64,000 nt of DNA from a virus (Duplodnaviria; Heunggongvirae; Uroviricota; Caudoviricetes): IMG/VR virus record IMGVR_UViG_3300028454_000679. The stretch is one strand, 5' to 3'. Of the stretch, positions 49,214 to 58,371 are shown in pieces. A model generated the notes under the pieces. It was not told where the DNA came from and made no database searches. It saw only the letters and a list, made by a program, of their open reading frames with translations. The first letter of the stretch is position 1. Every line of letters starts with the position of its first letter. The position numbers and the translations under genes were made by a program.

Positions 49214-50464
49214 TTATGACAAAAATCCGTAAGATGCTATCATATCATCATACGACTCTTTATCTGTAAAGATAATCTCAAACGTGTCACCCACATTAAG
49301 GATACAGTAAGAATTTTTAGAGTATTCACGTAAATGTGGAAATTGAAGTCCCAACTCTTTGTAAGGCATACTAAAAGGATTTCCATCAGGTGGGAAGACA
49401 GTTATCTGTGAATCTCTTAAACGATGCTGTGCATATTCCTGTCTATTCACAAAGTAACACATTTTCTGTATCACCAACTTCAGCACGTAGATCTCTGCTT
49501 CCAAAATATCATGAGATTCTATTAACTCATATGCATGTAGTATGTTCTCTACAGGGAATTTCAATGCAAAGAAACCATTGTACAAAAATGACTTTGCTCT
49601 AAGTACCCTAATATAAGAATCCTCTAAATAAAAGTTATTCGTAAAGTATGTTAGACCCTCTACAGATTGTCCAAAGTTCAAAACAAACTCCTTATCGTAA
49701 GAGGGGTATGCAGAACGTGCCCATGCATCAATAGATGTATGTACATATGGTTTACTGTAAAGTTTGCCTGACAATGCACTGTAAACAGAAGCACCCGTTG
49801 GCTCAGCTATTGCAATACCCAGAGTTTCATGTGCAAACTTTGTAATCTTCTCCGCAGGGGAGAGATGTACAGTTGGTTTAGGCTTCTGCGATACTTGAGC
49901 TAACTTTTGTTGTACATGCTGTGATTGCACTTGAGATGGAGCGGCTGGGGCAGGTGTTGGCTGTTTAACTAATTGCTGTTGTGATTGTGACTGAGATGTA
50001 GTGCCAAAAACACTAGAGGTAGCCAGTGGTGTTTCAGTAGCAGAGGTGGTTCCTAGAACAGAAGCTGCACCGGTAACAACTGGAGGGACAGCAGGTTCAG
50101 GAGTTGGTTCTGCCTTAATACCATGTAAGCCATTGTAAAAATCCTCGTAAGTCGGGTTCTCAATCTTCTCATTCAAACACCTACGTGCTAAAGCCTGCAG
50201 TATCTCCTTTGATGTCATATCTGTTGGATTGCAGTCACGCATAAATTCTGAGTACGAGTACCTTGCAAGCCCAATTGGAAATTGAAAGTTCAACAATTCA
50301 AAAACTTTTCTAAGCACTTTTGTATCTTCATCCACATTGGATTGTGTTGGAACATCTATAGTGATATTACTGATACCTTTAATATCATGAGCAGCACTAT
50401 TAGAGACACTACCTGTTGATTCTAACAAACTTTTTTGTAATGCTTTAAACTCCTCTACTGTCAT
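49214..50464 (-). CDS. Hypothetical protein with Pro/Gln/Thr-rich linker
   Basis: 416 aa; low-complexity middle segment containing ASVL and SSVF. Confidence 0.75.
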   Translation of the reverse strand: MTVEEFKALQKSLLESTGSVSNSAAHDIKGISNITIDVPTQSNVDEDTKVLRKVFELLNFQFPIGLARYSYSEFMRDCNPTDMTSKEILQALARRCLNEKIENPTYEDFYNGLHGIKAEPTPEPAVPPVVTGAASVLGTTSATETPLATSSVFGTTSQSQSQQQLVKQPTPAPAAPSQVQSQHVQQKLAQVSQKPKPTVHLSPAEKITKFAHETLGIAIAEPTGASVYSALSGKLYSKPYVHTSIDAWARSAYPSYDKEFVLNFGQSVEGLTYFTNNFYLEDSYIRVLRAKSFLYNGFFALKFPVENILHAYELIESHDILEAEIYVLKLVIQKMCYFVNRQEYAQHRLRDSQITVFPPDGNPFSMPYKELGLQFPHLREYSKNSYCILNVGDTFEIIFTDKESYDDMIASYGFLS

Positions 50465-50983
50465 CTATTTATCCTCCAAATAAAATACTTCTGTTGCATT
50501 TGGTATAGTATCATAGGATGACCCAATAAAATCACCATTATTATAAAACACTTTCATACGACCATCTTTCTTTCTCTTAGACATACTCAACTCCCGGCAC
50601 TTTGCATACTCCACCTTTATAGTATTACCCTTTGAATAACATGTAGGCACACTTAAAGACATGGACTCATCTGGTGGCAAGTAGTCATAATGAAACTTCT
50701 TTTTGCCTTCCTTAGTTGTGAATGTTATAGTTACATCTGAGTAAGGTGTACTAGCACTGGAGCAGTAGACAACAAAGTAGTCACCTAGGAAATCTGCAGC
50801 AAAGAAGTTAATACCGCCAAGAGTGGTATCCATATTTAAGAAATCAACATCACTCTCTTGCGAGGTTTCAGATGCCTTTGGAAGCTTATAGTCATACTTG
50901 CAAAAGAATTGGGCAATAACTACCCCCAAAGATACAGTCGCCATTAATGAAAGTGTAACGATAAATAACTTTTTCATCCTCAT
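50465..50983 (-). CDS. Membrane-anchored hypothetical protein
   Basis: N-terminal basic plus hydrophobic segment. Confidence 0.65.
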   Translation of the reverse strand: MRMKKLFIVTLSLMATVSLGVVIAQFFCKYDYKLPKASETSQESDVDFLNMDTTLGGINFFAADFLGDYFVVYCSSASTPYSDVTITFTTKEGKKKFHYDYLPPDESMSLSVPTCYSKGNTIKVEYAKCRELSMSKRKKDGRMKVFYNNGDFIGSSYDTIPNATEVFYLEDK

Positions 50984-52289
50984 TCCTAACTAAATAAATT
51001 GAATTTAAATCTCGATAAAAGGTCGCCTTACCATACTCAATACCTAAGCCGAAGTTCTCATGGTAGACAATAGTTCTTGAAGGATTCATATAAATCTCAA
51101 GATACTCATTCAGTGCCTTAGCATAAATATTATCTAAGTCCACATGGAAATATGCGAGGATACTAGTGTATTTCTCGCCAACCTGAGTATGTAAAATGCG
51201 GTCTATCATAACGCCATTAAAGAGGTTCTGAATCCAATCACTGTCCTGCATAAGTCTGACCTGTGATGGGTACTGACAATTGCGGTACTCTTCTGGATTA
51301 TCCACTTTCAATAAAGCTGGGATAATCTTATTATTGAAATGCTGCTTTTGTAACTCAACAGACTTATCAAGCATACGTGTTTGTACAGTAGACACCATAT
51401 TACCTAAAACAATATCTGGTAGGTTAGAATTAAGAATACTCTCATATGGGGCATTATACTCCTCGGACAACTTGACAAGGTCTAGCAGGGTTTGAGTAAA
51501 GTTAGCCTGTACAAGATTCTCAGTTAACTGTATATTGTAACTCAACAGTGTTCTATGAAACTGAGAACGCAAGGATGGATTCTTCAAGTAGAGCGTAGGA
51601 TTCTTGGCACTATCTACAATCTCTTGTAAGTCATACCATTCCTGTACAGTATTACATAAATCAGCAATACGGTTCGTTATGCCATTCTCTTGAATTTTTG
51701 CAGTGTCCAATGAACCAGAAGAAATATTCTCAGCACCAACTGCAGCGTGAATCTTTCCCATCTGGCACAGAGATACAAACTCTTCTAAGCTACAGAATGG
51801 GTAAAGGTCTTTACCATCTACAAGTTCTACCGCAGATGCCTCTGGCGTTATAACATACTGGTAGCACTGAGGGTCTCCCTCAATACGGAAGTGTGAGGTA
51901 TGACGCTCAAGAGGCGTTTCATCAAGAACCCTAAATCCATTAGTGTATCTTGGTAGCGTTTTACACCCCTTAATTCTCTCCTCTGGTGGTAACTCAGGGA
52001 ACCGATTTATACTGCTTACAAAGTTCTTAACAACATTCTCTTGCGTTTCTTTTGGGTAAGTGTCATAGTTGGACATATACTTATCAGCCTTACCGACAGA
52101 TAATACATAATGTCCATACTCTACTTGCCAAGATGATCGTAAAATATTTACAATGGAAGCCTGTTTTGTTATATGCTTCTGCCGTGTATCAGCTAAAAAC
52201 CAGCATCCATTCTTAAAAAACACCTTAGGTTCTACTTCTTTCCAATCAAGAGCTAGAAGTGCTTCTCGTAAATCTCCGTAAAAACTCAT
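50892..52289 (-). CDS. Hypothetical protein
   Basis: 465 aa, AGGAGAG RBS. Confidence 0.75.
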   Translation of the reverse strand: MSFYGDLREALLALDWKEVEPKVFFKNGCWFLADTRQKHITKQASIVNILRSSWQVEYGHYVLSVGKADKYMSNYDTYPKETQENVVKNFVSSINRFPELPPEERIKGCKTLPRYTNGFRVLDETPLERHTSHFRIEGDPQCYQYVITPEASAVELVDGKDLYPFCSLEEFVSLCQMGKIHAAVGAENISSGSLDTAKIQENGITNRIADLCNTVQEWYDLQEIVDSAKNPTLYLKNPSLRSQFHRTLLSYNIQLTENLVQANFTQTLLDLVKLSEEYNAPYESILNSNLPDIVLGNMVSTVQTRMLDKSVELQKQHFNNKIIPALLKVDNPEEYRNCQYPSQVRLMQDSDWIQNLFNGVMIDRILHTQVGEKYTSILAYFHVDLDNIYAKALNEYLEIYMNPSRTIVYHENFGLGIEYGKATFYRDLNSIYLVRNEDEKVIYRYTFINGDCIFGGSYCPILLQV

Positions 52290-52303
52290 TGCTCTCCTCC
52301 CGA

Positions 52304-52537
52304 TTAATCTTTTAGACTAAATTCTACGTCTGCGCCACAATTGTTACACTTTAAGTAGGATACGATACCATCACCGTCTCCGAAAATCTCATCATAGTTA
52401 AAATCACTCTGCCAAACCAGACGATGACCACAGAACCAACAAATAGGCTCACCCAGTGTTCTATTCTTGTAGTTCACTATCGTCCTTTTCCGTCTCTTCA
52501 GACTCCTCGGTTTCTTCTTCGTTGACTTGCTGTTCAA
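52304..52537 (-). CDS. Small zinc-ribbon protein
   Basis: CWFCG...CNNCG; TTG start behind AGGAGG inside the upstream gene. Confidence 0.6.
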   Translation of the reverse strand: MNSKSTKKKPRSLKRRKRTIVNYKNRTLGEPICWFCGHRLVWQSDFNYDEIFGDGDGIVSYLKCNNCGADVEFSLKD

Positions 52538-53399
52538 ATTCGTCTCCTCCTATTGCGCTAATTTTCTGAATAATAGGTGCGAAAGATGTTTCATTCATTA
52601 CCTCAGTGACAATAGATTCGTCTTTCAACTCAAGGTCAACTGCTTTCATAAGAATAGTGTTGACATTGAACGGGTTTATAATTGCATCACAGACAAACAT
52701 GGCCAGACCTGTTGCAAATGCGTAGCACAGTATAACTGCTTGTAAATCAATAGCGAAGAATCTATTAAAAAGAACTAATGATACAATAAACCCTGTCACC
52801 TGTAGGAACACTCTCACGACAACGGCTGTGTAGACAACCTGTATAAAGGTTCTTGCTCCATTTATAATAAAGTTTATAGTGTATTTACATGCCTCCAAGT
52901 AAGACTGCGTCTTGCACAAGTAAAGTACAAAAATAACATTTACAAACTCAGTTGATGACCTAAATACAAAACCCAATGCATTCACAAGCATCTTTATTGG
53001 CCCTAACTCAGTCAAGTTAGAAAGTAACTTAGACTCTGGCAGAACGATAGACTCTTCTATACTGGTAGATAACATCCCAAGCAACTTAAACAGTGTGAAA
53101 CCAACAGTTGCATTTTTGATAACCTCACCATATGTGGGGTCATGCTCAAAGTACTCAGAAGCGACCTCGTCAATATGCATACACAGTACAAGGAACTTGG
53201 TGAACCTAAAAAGGTAACCAAGTCCCAGAAAGACAAGCATAAAAGTTGCCAGCAGTACAGCATACCATGCAATAACATGTGGCACATCAAGAAAAGCGTA
53301 AACAATGTTAGCAATCTCAATAGTTGCAAAAGCACCTATCATAACATAAAGCACATCGAGAAGTGACCTAATAATTGAAAACTTAATTTTATTCTCCAT
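52461..53399 (-). CDS. Multi-pass membrane protein with acidic tail
   Basis: Several TM-length hydrophobic segments; EEETEESEETEKDD tail. Confidence 0.7.
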   Translation of the reverse strand: MENKIKFSIIRSLLDVLYVMIGAFATIEIANIVYAFLDVPHVIAWYAVLLATFMLVFLGLGYLFRFTKFLVLCMHIDEVASEYFEHDPTYGEVIKNATVGFTLFKLLGMLSTSIEESIVLPESKLLSNLTELGPIKMLVNALGFVFRSSTEFVNVIFVLYLCKTQSYLEACKYTINFIINGARTFIQVVYTAVVVRVFLQVTGFIVSLVLFNRFFAIDLQAVILCYAFATGLAMFVCDAIINPFNVNTILMKAVDLELKDESIVTEVMNETSFAPIIQKISAIGGDEFEQQVNEEETEESEETEKDDSELQE

Positions 53400-54399
53400 A
53401 AATCACCTCGTTCATTGGGAATAATTTTTCCAGAATATTCATATCACTCCGTGATACATCTGAGGCTCTCATAAGTAAAGCTACTAGGTGGGAGCCTTCT
53501 GGAAAATCAAACTTCCAATGCAGATTCTCTACTTCCTTATCAGGCACTAGTGTAATGACACCAAGATTATTGGAAGTTGCTATTCTAACATTTTTTGACC
53601 AATTATACCGGGTATTGCACAATGCAAAGGAAGACTTTGCTATACAGGTCATAGTTGTCATAGCACCTAAACGATCAAAGATTTTCTGTAAAAAGTCCTC
53701 GTTCTCTGTAAAGTCCTGATAAATCACAATTGTGTTATGACGCTTCTCTAAAGTACCATGAATCTGAGGGTAACCCTCTTCTGTAAAAGCTGAACGTAGG
53801 TAGCCTAGTAGAATACCAAGTGAGTCAAAAGAGTCAAAATCAGTGAATGGGTACTCCTCCCAGTACTTACGAAGACCCGGGTAAATGGAGACAATATCCA
53901 GAGCAATCATACTCTTAGAGAGCGTCTTCTTGTTGGAATGAGTATTCTTGATTACATAGGACTTCCATGTCTGTGGGAGTAGAGATTCAGTGTAAGTGTT
54001 ATTTAATTCTGGTATATCCCTAATCCACTCTTCTAAGCGACCTTTTAACTCAAACAAAACATTCTGCGCTGAGCGAAAGGCGGCTTTGGGAATAGGGCGC
54101 TCGTAAGTAAGAGTAGTAACACGGATACCTTTAAACAGACGCTTTAGCAGCGCCTTGAGCTCTATGTAGTAATTGTAGGAGTCCATGGTCTTGTCACGCC
54201 ACACATCAAGTAAGATAAAGTAAGGTCCATCCGCTGGAAACAGAGTGATTCCTGTACACGATGTAGACTGGTCTATACTCACGTACCATTCATACTGATT
54301 GTCCAATTCTAACTCAAACTGAGTCAGAAAAGTTCGCTCAATAGACACAGCATTAGGTTCTTCCTTAGCACAAAGTACTCCACAGATAATATTAGCCAT
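53389..54399 (-). CDS. RuvC-like (RNase H fold) nuclease / Holliday-junction resolvase with C-terminal extension
   Basis: YVSIDQSTSCTG, LTYERP, DSFDSLGI acidic motifs in RuvC order. Confidence 0.6.
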   Translation of the reverse strand: MANIICGVLCAKEEPNAVSIERTFLTQFELELDNQYEWYVSIDQSTSCTGITLFPADGPYFILLDVWRDKTMDSYNYYIELKALLKRLFKGIRVTTLTYERPIPKAAFRSAQNVLFELKGRLEEWIRDIPELNNTYTESLLPQTWKSYVIKNTHSNKKTLSKSMIALDIVSIYPGLRKYWEEYPFTDFDSFDSLGILLGYLRSAFTEEGYPQIHGTLEKRHNTIVIYQDFTENEDFLQKIFDRLGAMTTMTCIAKSSFALCNTRYNWSKNVRIATSNNLGVITLVPDKEVENLHWKFDFPEGSHLVALLMRASDVSRSDMNILEKLFPMNEVIYGE

Positions 54400-54400
54400 T

Positions 54401-54976
54401 TTAATCCTCCAAAGATGCATGCACTACAGCTGGGTCTATACCCTGTTGTAAAAGTGCAAGGTAATTCAATTGTTCTACTTTTGGAAGCTTCTTTATTTCC
54501 AAAAGTACGTAATTCATTGTGACAGGGATCTCAACATCCCTGGAATGTCTATTAAAGACAAGGCTCTCGATAGGTTTGAAGTTCTTCTTCTCAACAAAGC
54601 AAGATACAAATCCAACAGAACTACGTAAACTTGGAACCTCATTAAGTAACTCGTTAGCCTTTTGCACCTTATTAATTTTCTTGCCATTTCGGATATCAAG
54701 CCTTACAAGGAAATCAAGGAAATCTCCACGTGCAAGACATCCGTAGCAATACCATGTACGACGCTCCTCACTGATAGACAAAGAAGGGTCGTCATCATCA
54801 TGGAAAGGGCACTTTATAAAGTGATACTCTCCATGAGTGGTATCCATATCCGAATCCAAAGCATTCTCTTTAATAACACTCTCATAAGTAAAAGAACTGT
54901 CCACTAAGGACAAGGTGTCCAAGGCTTTGACAACCTTAGACACCCTTTCATATGTTTCCTTATTGTAATTATTCAT
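54401..54976 (-). CDS. Stand-alone CHC2 primase-type zinc finger protein
   Basis: CPFHDDDDPSLSI...WYCYGC; no TOPRIM domain in 191 aa. Confidence 0.8.
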   Translation of the reverse strand: MNNYNKETYERVSKVVKALDTLSLVDSSFTYESVIKENALDSDMDTTHGEYHFIKCPFHDDDDPSLSISEERRTWYCYGCLARGDFLDFLVRLDIRNGKKINKVQKANELLNEVPSLRSSVGFVSCFVEKKNFKPIESLVFNRHSRDVEIPVTMNYVLLEIKKLPKVEQLNYLALLQQGIDPAVVHASLED

Positions 54977-56690
54977 TTAAAGCCCTCATAATAACACCAG
55001 CTTTTACTCTACCTGCACGATACTCGTCACACAACTCGCAGATATAATTATACTTATCCTCTGGCAATGAAGCTGCCATTTCAAGCCATCCTGCGATACT
55101 ATGTTCCTTCCGAGCGTCCTTAGAAGACTTTGCACCTTTCAGGTCAAGGAACATTTCTTTCTCCTGTCCGTCAACAGCTACAAACAGCCGAAGAGTGTTT
55201 GTAATATCAACAGATACCTTAACTCTGATAGGAACTGTCTGTTTTGCCTGAGGCTTAATACCTTCAATATGAAGAACTCCTAACTGTGTACAAGCCTCCG
55301 GTCGCTCTGAGCCACCCTGTAAAACTGTAACATCAATAGCAGTCTGATTATCTCTGTTGGTGGTAAACATTCTCTCGCCGGAGCAAGGTATTGGTGTCTT
55401 TCTTGGAATTATAATATTATTGGATTCTGCAGATGCAATTCCAATAGCCTGCGGAATAATATCAAATACATGAGCATCACCTGTACCAAACTTAACTGTC
55501 TTACCAAACACAGCTGCTCCACCAGAAACAGATAAGTCTGGCTCAAAGCCACTGTTAATCTCGATATCAGGATACTTCTCTGCAAGCCATGCACGCAAGA
55601 GTGGGTGCTTTGTAGAGCCACCTACAAGAACAAGCACAGACGGTTTCTGCTCATTATCCTTAATAACTTTGTCAACAAGTGCAATAGTCTTATCAAAGGT
55701 CGGTTTAAGTGCAGCTGCTAAATCCTCTGCGGAGATATCAATAGTAACCTCCACATGCTCTCCATTCTCATTTACAAAGGAAGACGTGTTCCTAGAAATC
55801 TTCGCCAAATCCTGCGGTCCAGTTAAACTATTCTTAATAGTAACAAGTGCTGCTCTTACCTTAATCTGAAAGTCCTTAGGTGTACTGTAAAAATCAATAT
55901 CGTATCTCTGTTTTAAACGGTTGACATAGATATCTACTAAATTATTGTCAATGTCATCACCGCCCAGACGAGTATCACCATTGGTATCATACACGGTAAT
56001 AACACGCTCACTAGAACTATCAGAAGACAATCCGTAAATATCGTCGATACTTGAAACATCACTACACTCAATACCAGCTAAGGTTACATCAAATGTACCT
56101 CCGCCAAGGTCATAAAACAGTGCTGTGATACTCTTGGTGGTTGGGTACAGCATAGATGCGGCAGTAGGCTCATTGATAATATTGATAGGATTCAAACCTG
56201 CCAAAAGGCACGCTTCCTTAGTATTATCTCTACCAATCTGTGAAAAGTAGGCAGGCACTGTAACAATAACATCTTTTACCTCTCCATACTTACCATCTGT
56301 CTTATCAACAAGTCCACGAAGGATCTTAGCTGATACCTCAACAGGGGACAATGTGACACAATCCCCGTTGTCATCCAAAGTCACGGTGTAGTCATCATCT
56401 TCCATATGACGCTTGATAGAGTAAACCACGTTAGGTTCATTTTTATGGGCATATGCTTCGTCTCCCACAATAAATTCACCATTACGATACATAACGCAGC
56501 TTGGCATTGTCATCTTACCACTATTAAGCTTAATAGTATCTGCAGTGTTACCTGAACGCACCACACTAATTGCAGAGTTGGTGGTTCCAAGGTCTATACC
56601 AAAAACTGGTGTTTTATCTTTTGCAGCACTACCTGCAGCTTTGATGGTATCTGTAAACACACTTGATTTAGAAACTCCTGACTTTTTCAT
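54969..56690 (-). CDS. dnaK: Hsp70/DnaK-family chaperone (diverged, short lid)
   Basis: GIDLGTTNS, ITVPAYF-like IVTVPAYF, NEPTAA, YDLGGGTFD, LVGGST, FTTNRDNQ; start at ATG 56690. Confidence 0.88.
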   Translation of the reverse strand: MKKSGVSKSSVFTDTIKAAGSAAKDKTPVFGIDLGTTNSAISVVRSGNTADTIKLNSGKMTMPSCVMYRNGEFIVGDEAYAHKNEPNVVYSIKRHMEDDDYTVTLDDNGDCVTLSPVEVSAKILRGLVDKTDGKYGEVKDVIVTVPAYFSQIGRDNTKEACLLAGLNPINIINEPTAASMLYPTTKSITALFYDLGGGTFDVTLAGIECSDVSSIDDIYGLSSDSSSERVITVYDTNGDTRLGGDDIDNNLVDIYVNRLKQRYDIDFYSTPKDFQIKVRAALVTIKNSLTGPQDLAKISRNTSSFVNENGEHVEVTIDISAEDLAAALKPTFDKTIALVDKVIKDNEQKPSVLVLVGGSTKHPLLRAWLAEKYPDIEINSGFEPDLSVSGGAAVFGKTVKFGTGDAHVFDIIPQAIGIASAESNNIIIPRKTPIPCSGERMFTTNRDNQTAIDVTVLQGGSERPEACTQLGVLHIEGIKPQAKQTVPIRVKVSVDITNTLRLFVAVDGQEKEMFLDLKGAKSSKDARKEHSIAGWLEMAASLPEDKYNYICELCDEYRAGRVKAGVIMRALNE

Positions 56691-56709
56691 TACATATATC
56701 CTTTCTCTA

Positions 56710-56934
56710 CTAAATACTCTTACTGTAAACAATTGGACACGAGTCGCCGTCGCACAACTTCTGTAACGTTATAAGGTCTGCTGGTTCCATTGTTTTATCT
56801 AAGACAACTCTCTTATCCTGTAAAACTTTGTAATGTGAACCTAAACCCATAAGAAGACACTCAGTCCAGTTCGTGATAAGCTCAGGCTTCGTTTCTGCAG
56901 AAATATGGCTGTCATCAAAACATAATTCGAACAT
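56710..56934 (-). CDS. Small hypothetical protein
   Basis: 74 aa, GGAGGAG RBS. Confidence 0.6.
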   Translation of the reverse strand: MFELCFDDSHISAETKPELITNWTECLLMGLGSHYKVLQDKRVVLDKTMEPADLITLQKLCDGDSCPIVYSKSI

Positions 56935-56942
56935 AACTCCTC

Positions 56943-57479
56943 CTACTTCGTAAAGATTGCAAGCTCTGTTACTCGTCTATTCTCGATTCCCTTAAAGGTA
57001 AATGTCTCAGGGCTGCCTGGTGGCATAGAATAGAACTTACACATTGTTAAATCAATAAATGGAATAAAGTAAATGTCAGACCCCGGTGCTTCCCCTACAT
57101 GTAATGATTGCTGAAGCAGACGCTGAGTTATAGAATCATCAGGGTCCTGCTCCAAAGCATTAGATGCCTCCAAAAGTACATCTGTACGTGCTGAGACAAC
57201 CATATCATCCGGAATGGATAACTGGAACAATACACTATCTTTGTAATTGTAAGCAATACCTGTTCCAACAATATCATCAAGTGTAGTAATTCCAGAGTTA
57301 GCAGTAAGGCAGGCAATAGGTAAATTCTCGAATCCAACATTATCAATCATAAATTCTCGAATAACGGAAATAACTTTTTCTCCCATGTTAGGAATAGAAT
57401 TATACTCCGGTTGCTGCCCTGTAATAATCTGTTGTGCTATTGACACTGGGACAACAGCAACTATATTCATATCAGACAT
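56943..57479 (-). CDS. Hypothetical protein
   Basis: 178 aa, AGGAGG RBS. Confidence 0.7.
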   Translation of the reverse strand: MSDMNIVAVVPVSIAQQIITGQQPEYNSIPNMGEKVISVIREFMIDNVGFENLPIACLTANSGITTLDDIVGTGIAYNYKDSVLFQLSIPDDMVVSARTDVLLEASNALEQDPDDSITQRLLQQSLHVGEAPGSDIYFIPFIDLTMCKFYSMPPGSPETFTFKGIENRRVTELAIFTK

Positions 57480-57526
57480 AAAGACAATCCTCCTTAATTA
57501 AGATTTCACTTAAATAACGCCTGTTG

Positions 57527-58363
57527 CTATAATTCAAGAATCCCCTCAACATATGAGATAAACTCATCTGCTCTACTGAAAACAAGACCAGAATCCTCTT
57601 GTGCATTTACTGTAGTTGTAAAGACTGTGGAGTCATCAACAGCAATATCGTTAACAGCAGGCTCAAAGTCGTCTCGGCTCTCTTCTTCCAAAACACGGTC
57701 AAGGACAGCATGGGATTCCTCTGGCTCTTCTTGTGGTTCAGGTTGTTCCGGAGCAGTCTCCTCAACCTCTGGCTCTTCATACATACCCTCATACATAAGA
57801 GTTGCCGCATCAATCTTACATGGTAAAGCTAGGACATGGAAGGGGAAGTGTCTGCCATTCATAAAACCTGTGTAAATAGCGTAGAGGGTCGCAGGGGAAA
57901 TTCTATCAAAACCATACTCCTTTAAAGTCTCCATAAGCAAATCCAAGTCCTCATTAGGCACATAATAGTACCGAGTCTTGGCGTAATGAAGATCTTCTAG
58001 AAGTGCAGTAATACGCTCTGATGTACACTCCTCTACACAAGGGTACTGGCAAACACGGTCATTCTCTAAAAGCTCCTCAAAAGTTCCTGGAAACGACCCT
58101 GTTTGTGGGTACTCACTATAATGCAAGTACGCACGTAAGTAAACTGGGAGTGGAACACACAGTGAAACGACATCCTGCGACTCTACTGATGTGATAAAGC
58201 ATTTGAAACCCTCTGCTTTGTAAACCAGTCCCGGTGTTTCAGCATAACTCTCAGCAACAATTACAAAAGGTGCTGTAAATACAACACCATCTGTGGATTC
58301 CACTTCTGCTATTGGTTGGGACTCTCTTGTAAAGTAAGAGAGTCCTTCATAGACGTATAACAT
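57527..58363 (-). CDS. Hypothetical acidic protein
   Basis: 278 aa, Glu/Pro-rich linker. Confidence 0.7.
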   Translation of the reverse strand: MLYVYEGLSYFTRESQPIAEVESTDGVVFTAPFVIVAESYAETPGLVYKAEGFKCFITSVESQDVVSLCVPLPVYLRAYLHYSEYPQTGSFPGTFEELLENDRVCQYPCVEECTSERITALLEDLHYAKTRYYYVPNEDLDLLMETLKEYGFDRISPATLYAIYTGFMNGRHFPFHVLALPCKIDAATLMYEGMYEEPEVEETAPEQPEPQEEPEESHAVLDRVLEEESRDDFEPAVNDIAVDDSTVFTTTVNAQEDSGLVFSRADEFISYVEGILEL

Positions 58364-58371
58364 AAATCCTC

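Noticed and set aside
56943-57479. C-terminus TELAIFTK as a twelfth motif copy
   Set aside because: Lacks the invariant Ser; not counted.
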